A DNA stretch of 63,371 nt, the filler included, from Reclinomonas americana ATCC 50394 (lineage: Eukaryota): NCBI GenBank assembly GCA_048213135.1. It is 5 parts of 5 records of this genome, joined end to end, with 100 filler letters (N's around TTAATTAATTAA, not from the genome) between each part and the next. Parts side by side here need not be neighbours in the genome. Positions count along the whole stretch, not along the records: positions 1 to 26,117 come from PS015411.1; 4 more parts are not named here. One strand, given 5' to 3'. The number at the start of each line of letters is the position of its first letter. Within the stretch, counting starts at the first letter, position 1. The position numbers and the translations under genes are program-made. Positions 1-10,923 of the stretch are shown here, one piece after another. Below the pieces are notes generated by a model that saw nothing but the letters and a program-made list of their open reading frames with translations, searched no databases and had not been told where the DNA came from.

Positions 1-575
1 CAAGTGGTGAGTGCGCACCTGTGAGGTAAAGAATTTTGGCTGTCCTGTCTTGGTGGAATGCGACTTGGGATCCGGCAAGTGTGAGGTGGCCCTGGTTTGG
101 TTTGCTGCAATGGGAGGTGAGCTTTGTGTGTGCGTGTGTGAGTGTGGTTGCTGCGATCGGAGCGTTGCAGCTGAATTTGAAGTTTCTCATTGTGTGCTGC
201 AGCTGCTTTCTGCTCGGGATTGCTTTGTGTGTGTGTCTCTCTCTCTCAATTGCACAGTTGATGAGTGTCGTTGATCCGTTGTGCCGGGTCGTTGTGCGAT
301 GCAGACAAGTTGCGACGTCGACAGCGCGACGTTCATCGGTCTTTTGGTGTGAGACAGAGGGAGGCTGCGGGAGGTAACGCGAGTCTGTGTGTGCAGGTGT
401 GCAGGGTGGATTGCCTCTCTCCCTCTCGCACGCTCTCTCTCTCTCTCTCTCGTCCGCCACGAAACAGGACACGCGGAAGAACGCACACAGACAGAGCCTG
501 AGCGAAGAGAACGCAGTGCTCAGTGTGTGTCTGTGTGTATACTGAGTGTCCCTGCTGGATTCCGGGTTGAGAAAA

Positions 576-3500
576 ATGAGGTGTGTTTTGTTGTGTGTTG
601 CTGTCAGAAGGCGTCTCTCACACTCGCAAACGTTGTTTGTGTTCTTGTCTCAGTCAACAAGAGAGGAGGAAAGCATGGGAGATGGCAAGAGAAGGCGATG
701 TGAAGGCACTGCGCGAGTTGGTGGCGAGTGAGGGCGCACAGACTCTCCTGAAGAGAGAGGAGATGAACTGTCGTTGCTTCTCGGCATATTACTTTGCCGC
801 TGCCTTTGACCATCTCCCTGTGCTGGAGTATTTGTGGGAGGAGAGTGGTGTCGGGCCACAACTCGCACAGTTGCTCGCCGATAGTGGCCGGACGCCACTA
901 ATGCCGGCTTCCTTGAGTGGGTATCTGCAAGTGGTCGAGTGGTTGCTTGCCGATGAGCGACGATGTCCGCCGGAGATGGTGCTGGAGGAGAACAGCTACG
1001 GCGAAACTGCGCTGCATTATGCTGCATCTCAAGGACACGAAGCCATTGTGCTCCTCCTCGCCACTCGCTTCCCCGACCTCATCTACATGGACAGCAACAC
1101 GGGCAAGACAGCAGCTGAGTTGGCTCGTGAAGAAGACCAGCCGCAAGTGGCCGAGTTGCTCGACCGCCTCGCTGCGCAACAACAAGAACAGGCGCGATCT
1201 CCTCCACCTCCGCCACCTGCAGGTTTGGTTGCCATGTTTTCGTTCAGCTGGTGCCCTCGCTTCTCACGCTGTTCCTTGTGTGTGTGTGTGTGTGTATCGC
1301 CCTGCACAACACGCAGTTCCTGCACGCCAGGTGAGGCTGACTCTGTTCGTGAGTGCATTCATCTCCTATCCTGCATTTAATTCTCCTTGTCCCTCTCTGT
1401 CCAGGTGGTCGACGGCGACACCGTAGCGCGTCAGGTTGCTCAACTCCAGCGCGATCTCGCTGCTGCACAGCAGGAGCGTGATCAGCAGCGACGAGAGCAC
1501 GAGGACATGGTGGCCCAGTTGCAGCAAGCCAACGCTCAACTGCAACTTGGCAAGGTCGATGAGGAGCGCAAGAATGCCCAGCTGAAGCAGCAAGTCACTG
1601 AATGGCAACAAGCGCATGCCAGAGAGCAACAGCAAGTGGTCCAACTACAGCAGACTGTCACGCAGTGGCAGCAAGCGCATGCTGAGGGACAGCGAGCGTA
1701 TGCCCAACTGCAAGCCGAGCGAGATCGAATCGCCTCCCAGTTGACTGTGGCTCTGCGCGACAAGGACGATCTCGCTGCTCAGCTGCAAGAAAAGGATCAA
1801 CTCGTCTCCCAGCTTCGACAGGAACTCCTCCTCGCTCAAGGTCTGCATGCCTGTCTTCTCTTTCCTTGATCTCACCGTTTCTCACTCCCTTCCCGCTCAT
1901 TCCACAGTAGACACTGCCGTGCAGCGCTTCGAGTGGCCCGAGATCGTGCAAGCCACCGACTCCTTCTCCCCACGCCTCAAGGTCGGCGAGGGTGGTCAGG
2001 GTGCCGTATTCCTCACTCTGCTTCGCGAGATGCACGTGGCCATCAAGGTGCTCGACCCCGCTGCACCGTGGACGATGGAGTCGTTTGAGAGTGAGGTCTG
2101 TCTCTTCCTCTCTCCTCTTCATTGCCTCTCTTTATCCACATCCTTCTTCCCTTCCTCACAAGGTGGCCACCCTCGGACGCCTGCGCGACCGTCGCATTGT
2201 GCCTCTCGTCGGCTACTCGGTGGGCGACGACGAGGCACGCTGTCTCGTGTACAAGGCGATGCAGTGCGTTTCTCATCTCTCTTCATCTCATCCATCGTCG
2301 CCTCACTGTGAAAAGCACACAGAGTCCCCAACCTGGAGGATCTGTTCCTGCTGCCACGCGCAAGTCAAGCACCTCTCTCCGTCCTGCAGCGTGTGCAGAT
2401 TGGTCTCGGGTTGGCCGAGGCAGTGGCGTTCTTGCACAAGGTTTGTTGCATTAAAATAGTCTTCCTCTTTATCTTTGTTCTCTCTGCTTGAGCTCTCTTT
2501 CTTCTTTCCTCCTCGTCACTCTCTTTTTCTCTCTCGAACCCTCGTGCTCTCTTGTCCACTTCTTATACAAGGGCCGCTGCATGAGAATGATCTCCCTCTC
2601 AGTCATCTTTCCATCTGCTTCTCACTTCTTCTCTCGTGCATCTCCATGTGACTCTTTTGTTGTCCTTGTTGCTGGCAGTCTCCCGTGTTCTTTGCTTCCT
2701 GAGTTGTATTTCACTGGCCACCAACAGACAATGAGCAACAGCCAGCAATCGTTGACGTATCTCGTGCTGTTTGTCACTCTCTCGCACACAACCTGCGCTT
2801 CTCTCTCTCTATCTTTTTTTGCGCAGGCGCTCTCTCGTACTCAATTCTCTTTCCTTCATTCACGCTCTGTCAACATGATCCTCATCAACTGCCTTTCTCT
2901 TGTCTCTCGTTTCTTTCTCTCCTTTCTTTCCTATTCACTCTCCGTGTGTCCTTTGCCCTTTTTTCCACGCACCACACTCCTCAGCACGTATGGTGCTCTT
3001 CCTTGTTGATCCTTCTCTCACTTCCTTTTCCCCCTTCTTTCCACTCACCAGAACGACGTGGTGCACCGTGACATCAAGCCCGCGAACGTGCTTCTCGATC
3101 AACGCTTCGAGGCGTGCCTCGGCGACTTTGGCATTTCGCGGTCGACTGCCAGTGGCAAGGTCAGGTCTTCTTCTTCTTCTTCTTCTCTCACGCCCTGTCT
3201 CTCACGCTCTCCCCTCTCGCAGTCGACCGCCGCCGCCGGCACCCTCGACTACATGGACCCTTTGGCCCTCTACGCGAGACAACCACTGCCCAAGCACGAC
3301 GTTTACAGCATGGGCGCGGTGCTGGTGCAGCTGGTCTCCGCCAAACCCGTGGTGACGGTGGCCGAGTGGTCTCTGGAATGGGACGAGTCGCCAGAGTCGC
3401 TGCGCCCCATGGAGCTGGTGGATGGTGGCGTGGAGTGGACGCCACGCATTGCCGAATCTATGTTCGAGCTCGGCATGCAGTGCATGAGTGTGCGACGAGA

Positions 3501-3579
3501 CAGACCGACGGCGCAGGAGGTGCTGGAGAGGATGCGTGCCATTCGCGAGGCGTGTGGGCAGTTCACGATGGAGTTGTAA
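576..3579 (+). CDS. Ankyrin-repeat / coiled-coil / RLK-Pelle (IRAK-like) kinase, paralog 1 (9 exons, ~631 aa)
   Basis: GT-AG exons 576-580, 654-1222, 1317-1330, 1405-1840, 1908-2095, 2163-2263, 2323-2440, 3052-3159, 3223-3579 sum to 1896 nt in frame. ANK motifs GRTPLM, GETALHYAA, GKTAAELA; poly-Pro linker; Gln-rich coiled coil. Kinase motifs RFEWPEIVQATDSFS, GEGGQG, VAIK, HRDIKPAN, DFG, GTLDYMDP, DVYSMG. Confidence 0.88.
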
Positions 3580-3986
3580 GTGAAAGCTGATGAAGGAGAA
3601 GGGTGGTTTGACAAGCCCTCGTGTCTTCCTCGCCGCAGCGAGCACCCAGTGACAACTCCATGCACTTGACTATATGATACCCTCCACTCCTCTTGCTCGC
3701 CCTGTTATCGCATGCTCAATGGCATCCCTTGACCATTGACCCCTGGTGGCACACGAATGAGGTCAAGGTTTACCAAGATACATTAAAGGGTGGTGGTTGA
3801 GTGAGAGCAAGCAGCGTCGCCTTCCTCATCTCAGCAGCAGAATCGTCCGCCATGAAACAGGACACGCGGAAGAACTCGTCGAACTCGTCCTGTCGTCTCT
3901 TGTCACAGACTGACAGAAGGCAGGACGAGAAGACAGTGTGCTCTGTGTGTGTGCGAGTGTCCCTGCCTGGATTCTGGGTTGAGAAG

Positions 3987-6900
3987 ATGAGGTGTGTGTG
4001 TGTGTCTTGTTGTTGTCGTCAGAAGGCGTCTCATCAACTCACTCACAATCTCATTGTTTGTATTTCTGTTTGAACTGGCAGTCTGCAACAGAGGAAGAAA
4101 GCATGGCAGATGGCGAGGGAAGGCGATGTGAAGGCACTGCGCGAGTTGGTGGCGCGTGAGGGCGCACAGACTCTGTTGAAGAAAGAGGAGATGGCATCAG
4201 ATGGCAACTCGGCATTCTTCTGGGCCGCTTGGTCTGGCCATCTCTCTGTGTTGGAGTACTTGTGGGAGGAGAGTGGCGTCGGACCACAACTCGCACAAAT
4301 GGTCACCGACGATGGCTGGACGCCACTGATGACGGCTGCACGCCAAGGTCAAGTGCAAGCTGTAGAGTGGTTGCTTGCCGATGAGCGGCGATGTCCGCCG
4401 GAGATGGTGCGGGCGGTGGACAAGGTCGGTGAGACTGCACTGCATAAGGCTGCTCTGGATGGCTTCGATGCCATTGTGCGACTTCTCGCCACTCGCTTCC
4501 CCGACCTCATTCCCATGGTCAACAAATATGGCAAGACGGCGGCTCAACGGGCAAGCGAGAGAGGCAATCTGCAAGTGGCCGAGTTGCTCGACCGCCTCGC
4601 TGCGCAGCCAGAACCACCATGTCCACAACAACAACAAGAACAACAACAGCAGGCGCGATCTCCCCCACCTGCTCCACCTGCAGGTTTGGTTGCCTGCTTT
4701 TTGTGCACTTGGTGCTCTCTCTTCTCACACTGTTCCCTGTGTGTGCCTGCGTTTATCACCCTCCGCAACACGCAGTGCCAGCACACCAGGTCAGGCTGAC
4801 TCTGTTCGTGAGTCATCCATCTCCTGTCTGGATTTAATTCTCCTTTTCCCTCGTCTGTTCAGGTGGTCGACGACGACACCGTGGCCCGTCAGGTCGTCAA
4901 ACTCCAGCGCGATCTCGCCGCAGCGCAACAAGAGCGCGACCAGCAGCAACGAGAATGGGATCGGCAGCGACGAGAGCACGAGGACATTGTGACCCAGTTG
5001 CAGCAAGCCAACGCACAACTTCAACATGGCATGGTCGATGAGGAACAGAAGAATGCTCTGCTGCAGCAACGAGTTTCTCAGCAGCAGGAGATCAACGCCC
5101 AGCTGCAGCAGCAGGTCACTCAATGGCAGCAAGCCGTCGCGCAGTGGCAACAGGCGCACGCCAGAGAGCAGCAGACAAACGCCCAGCTGCAAGCCGAGCG
5201 AGATCGAATCGCCTCCCAGCTGACTGTGGCGATGCGTGACAAGGACGACCTTGCCGTTCTCGTCTCCCAGCTCCGACAGGAACTCCTCCTTGCTCAAGGT
5301 CTGCATCTGTTCCCTCTGCGTACATTTTTCTCAAACGTAGTTGTCCATGTCTCACTCCGTTCCCTCTCATTCGGCAGTCGACACCGCCGTCCAGCGCTTC
5401 GAGTGGCCCGAGATCGTGCTCGCCACCGACTCCTTCTCCCCACGCCTCAAGGTCGGCGAGGGTGGTCAGGGTGCCGTCTTCATCACTCTGCTTCGCGAAA
5501 TGCACGTGGCCATCAAGGTGCTCGACCCCGCTGCTCCATGGACGATGGAGTCGTTTGAGAGTGAGGTCTGTGTTTCTCTCCTGTTTCCTCTCTCTCTCTC
5601 TTCTCATCCTTCTTCAGGTCGCCACCCTCGGACGGCTGCGCGATCGACGCATTGTGCCTCTTGTCGGCTACTCGGTGGGCGACGACAAGGCGCGCTGTCT
5701 CGTGTACAAGGCCCTGCAGTGCGTGTTCGTCTCTTTCCTCTCTTTCCTCAATCATTGCCTTACTGTGAAAGCACACAGAGTTCCCAACCTTGAGGATCTG
5801 TTGCTACTTCCGCGTGCCAGCCAGGCACCACTCTGTGTCGTGCAGCGTGTGCAGATTGGTCTCGGACTGGCCGAGGCTGTGGTGTTCTTGCACAAGGTCG
5901 CTGCTCTCTGTCTTTCTTTCTCTCTGAATCAGCTCTCTCTTCTCTTTTCACTCCTTGTGCCGCTCTTGGCTCTCTCAAACCCTCATGTTCTCTGGTCCAC
6001 TTCCCTCACGAGGTCTGCTGCGTGAGAATGATGTCCCTCTCAGTCCTCTTTGCACTCTACTTTAGCTCTCTCTTCTCTTTTCTCATTGCATTTCTTTTGT
6101 GTTGTCTTGTCTCTCCAACCCTCATGTTCTCTGCTCCACTTCTTTCACATGGTCTGCTGCGTGAAATTTATTATCCTTCTCAGTCATCCTTGTTCTCTAG
6201 TTTAGCTTTCGCTTCTCGTTTTCCTTCTCTTTCTTTCGTGCCGTCTTGTCACTCGCAACCCCTCATGCACTGTGCTTCACGTCTTTCACGAGGTCCGCAG
6301 TGTGAGAATGATCTCTACTTCTCTCGTGCCTCTCTTTGTGGCTCCTTCGTTGTCCTTGTCGCTTGCAGACTCTTGTATTCTCTGCTGCCCCACTTGCTTC
6401 TACTGGCCGCCAACGAACAAAAAGTAGCAACTAGAGATTGTTAACATGTCTCGTGTTTTCGTCACTATCCCGCGGGCTCCTCCCTCAGTTTCTTTCTCTC
6501 TCGCACACTCTGTCTCTTTCTCTCTCCCTTCCTAGGCACTATCTCACGCCCTTTTCTCTTGCCTTATTTCACTCTCTCTCAACGTGATCCTCATCAAGTG
6601 TCTTGCTTCTCTTTCGTTCCCCCCTCCCCCACGCACCACTCTTGTCTCAGGTGTCTAGCTCTTCGTTAGCCTGCTCTCACTTCTTGCCCCCCTTCTTTCC
6701 ACTCTCCAGAACGACGTGGTGCACCGCGACATCAAGCCCGCCAACGTGCTGCTCGATCACCGCCTCGAGCCATGTCTCGGTGACTTTGGCGTCGCGCGGT
6801 CGACGATCGGAGACAAGGTCTGCTGATTCCCATCCGCCACTGCATCCGTTTCCACCCTCTCACGCTTTCTCCTTGCCTCTCAGACAACCAATGTCGCCGG

Positions 6901-7240
6901 CTCGCGCGGCTACATGGATCCACTCGCACTCCTTGTGCGCCGCCCTCTGCCCAAGCACGACGTATACAGCATGGGCGTGGTGCTATTGCAGCTGGTCACC
7001 GGCAAGCCGGTAGAGATGGTGGCCGAGTGGTTTGTGGAATGGGACGAGTCGCCCGCCTCAATGCGCCCCATGGAGCTGGTGGATAGGGGAGCAGAGTGGA
7101 CGCCGCGCATTGCCGAACCAATGTTCGAACTGGGCATGCAGTGTGTGAGTGTGCGACGAGACAGACCAACGGCGCAGGAGGTGCTCAACAGGATGCGTGC
7201 CATTCGCGAGGCGTGTGGGCAGTTCACGATGGAGTTGTGA
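3987..7240 (+). CDS. Ankyrin / coiled-coil / RLK-Pelle kinase, paralog 2
   Basis: Exons 3987-3991, 4082-4683, 4776-4789, 4863-5298, 5378-5565, 5618-5718, 5779-5896, 6710-6817, 6884-7240. Same intron positions and phases as paralog 1; VAIK, HRDIKPAN and DFG intact. Confidence 0.88.
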
Positions 7241-7563
7241 GTGAAAGCTGGGGACGGAGAAGGGGTGGTTTTGACAAGCCCTCGTGTCTTGCTTGCCGAG
7301 CACTCAGCGACAACTCTTGACCGCTGGAGTTTGGTTGGGCAATATGATGCCTTCCACTCGTCTGGTTCGCCCTCTCCTGCGGGTCTCCTTCGTCCTTCGT
7401 CCCCAAAAAATATTGTCCGCCGCGTAGGACGTGCGGAACAACACACGTAACGCCAAGGTTGGACGAAGAGACACGCAGTTGTTGTTGTTGTGTGTGTGTG
7501 TGTGTGCGTGAGAGAGAGAGGAAGAGAGAGGTGAGAACGCCTGCAGATTACCGGGTCGAGACG

Positions 7564-10500
7564 ATGAGGTGTGTTTTGTTGATCTAGTCACCATTTAGTC
7601 GCACTCTCATTATGTGTTTCTGGTTGAACTGGCAGTCAACAACAGCGACAGAAAGCATGCACAATGGGGGCTACTGGCGATGTGAAGGCACTGCGCGAGC
7701 TGGTGGCGCGCGAGGGTGCACACACTCTGCTGAAGGGAGAGGAAATGAGCGACTATGGGAGCTCGGTGTTTTACTTTGCCGCTGCCAGAGACAATCTCTC
7801 TGTGTTGGAGTATTTGTGGGAGGAGAGTGGTGTGGGGCCACAACTCGCACAAACAGTCAATGACTATGGGTGGACTCCGCTGATGGGGGCTGCCGCCGGT
7901 GGGCAACTGCAAGTGGTGGAATGGTTGTTGGCCGATGAGCGACGATGTCCGCCGGAGATGGCGCGGGCGGTCACCAATGACCGTGATTCTCTCTATCCAC
8001 AGTCCACTGCACTGCATTTAGCTGCCAGAAATGGCCACGATGATGTTGTGCGACTCCTCGCCAATCGCTTTCCCGACCTCATTCCCGTGGTCAACAAGAC
8101 CGAGAAGACGGCGGCTCAGGTGGCACGCGACAAGAACAGGCAACATGTAGCCGAGTTGCTTGATCGCCTTGCTGCGCAGCCAGCACCACCATGCCAACAA
8201 CAACAACAGTCGCGATCTGCCCCGCCTTATCCACCACCTGCAGGTCTAGTTTTGACATCTTCTCTCTTGTTTGTCTAGCTGGCTCTCCCCTCTCAAGCTG
8301 CTTTGTATGTGTGCATATGTGCATATCTCCCTGCGCAACATGCAGAGCCGGCACTTCAGGTGAGAATGTTCATGCCTATCCATCGTCCTTCCATTTCGGC
8401 GTTGTTTTCTTCTCTTGGCACCAATCTCGTCTAATTCGTTGCAGTTTGTTGCTGACGAAGCTACGGCTCGTCAGATCGCTCAGCTCCAGCACGATCTCGC
8501 CGCAGCGCAACAAGAGCATGCTCGGCAGCGGGGAGAGTGGGATCGACAGCGATGTGAGCACGCTGATATCGTCGCCCGGCTGCAGCGTACTGTCATGGAG
8601 CTCGAGCAAAGGATAGAGGAAGAGAGACAACGTGTCTCTCGTGTTCAGAATGAGCTGGATTGTGCTGCAGATCAGCTTGCTCTAACCCTGTGCGCGAGAG
8701 ACTCCACGGCCGCCCAAATAAGTACCTTCCGACAACACGTGCAAGGGAGAGACGCCGTTCAAGGTTTGCGGTTTGTGTCTGGACTGTTCTCTCTCTCTCT
8801 CTCTCTCTCTCTCTGCCAAATTATTGTTTCAAAGTGAGTCGTTTTGCTCGCAGACGATGTCATGTGTAGATTTGTAATGTTATTGATTTCGCTCACTGCT
8901 CGCACCAACGCAGTCGACCTCGCCACTAGGCACGATAAGCCTGCCGTGGAACTCGCCACCGACACGGAAAATGTTGCGCACTTTGCTGATCCTCCGCAGC
9001 TCAGTGCCAGCTTACCTGCTGATCGGTGCAACACTGATGAGGATGCTTCGGAGCTCAATCAAGTCAGACGCAAGTTGGCAACAATCATCGCCGACCGCGA
9101 TGAACTAGAACAGCAGCTGGCTCAATCGCGGCATACCTCTGCCACAGTTGCTGCCGAATGCAGTGACTTGCGTGCAGAACTCGTCATGTCTACCGCTGTG
9201 CGCGACGATTTACAGCAAAGGGTCCGTGAGGTGGAAGGCCAGCTTCGCGCTCTGTTCCACATGGACTTTCTCAGGTCTCTCGTGCGCTGCTTTGCTGTTT
9301 TCTCCTAGCACTGTTCATGGTGTGCTCACTTATTGTTGACAACGTGTGTTCAGTGACCGTCGTCGGATTTTGATGCTGACAGAAGTTGTGCACGAAATAA
9401 TTCCGCTCGCTCTCGGCTCGCTGCTGCAACTGCTTGTCGCCAGTTTCTTTCCTGGCGAATTTCACATTGAGCAACTGTGCCTCCCCGCTCCACCGCCAAG
9501 GTGCGCGATTGCGCGCTGTCTTCACAATGTCAAAGCAGGTTCAATTGTTCATGTGATAATACGTTTTTGATGTGTAGATATTGTCGAATGTTGCTGGATA
9601 AGCGAGGAAACATTCGCATGCGGTCCGCGGAGCTGTATCCTTCCAACTATGAAGCAGTGTGCAAGTTCAAGCGGAGTGGAGAGACGACGAAGATGGATGT
9701 GTCGCTCCTCAGTACTCTACTGTTGCACACAAGCTTTGTTTCAGCCGCCGCCTGCCGTGATGCAGATCTTCTCGAGAGCCGCGTACGCCTCGATCCTGTC
9801 ACCCGCAGAGATCGAATGGCTGTGCCACTGCTCGCTGAACCGGCAAGGGTAAGCATCGTCGATGAGTATTCATGATCGTGCAAGGAACCCACTCGCTCTC
9901 GTCGATGCAGATTCGAGCCGTCGAAAACTTGCGAGATGTGCGCCATCGAGTGTCTCACTTGGCCCGACTTTCCGCACTTGAGGATGCAGAATATGTGAGT
10001 GTCATGCGACTGGTACGCGACTCGCTTCACGCTCTCTTCCCCGAAGGACATGAGAGTATCCAAATGTTGTTCCAAGCATACAAGAGTTACGAGACTTGTA
10101 CCGGAACCGCTTGCGTTTTCTCTCTTCACACTCACTCATCATTGATACAGACGTGAGCCACATCAATGCTACGGCCGAATTGGTCAAGGAAAGAGCTGGC
10201 AGATTTGTGATTCGCGCACCCGTTGTGCGGGTCTCTGATCTGTCGCCTACGAAGCGACTGACGATTGGTGTCTTGATCTCTACGTTGGTTCTTCGGATAT
10301 TCTCCACAGCTCGGTACTTATTGCTATCCCACAGGGCAAGTTGCTATCACAAAAGCTGTTCTCCGTCTCGGCGGTTTGACGCAGACTGTTGCGTACAAGC
10401 AATATCAACTGGCTCATCAGAAAGATTGTGATTTGCAATCGGCGGACTGGGAAATGGTACGCCAGAACTACGAAAGCGAACAATCTCTGCTGATGCAACT

Positions 10501-10875
10501 CGAGTTGCGTGCTGGTGGTGATTACTGCAGTTTAATGCTTACCTCCCTTGCTGATGCACTCGAACACAGTCATCCGAACATTGTGAAACTGATGGCAGTA
10601 TGCAGCGACGATCCGCGTGGTCTCGGTCTCGTTCTTGAATTTGTTGGTCCACAAGACGAAGATGGAGACTCAGTGACGCTTTGCGACTTGGTGAAGGACG
10701 ATCGCGTGACGTCTCAACACCTGCTCAGTCTTCTCGTGCAAGTGGCGTCGGCCGTGGTACACATGCACTCTAGGCGCGTGGTGCATCGAGACCTTAACCC
10801 CCGAAGTTTCGTTCTTCATTATGTCGTGGAGACCGGTGAAGACAAGTTGGCAGCACTTTAGTGCTGCGGTACATA

Positions 10876-10923
<48 letters not shown>

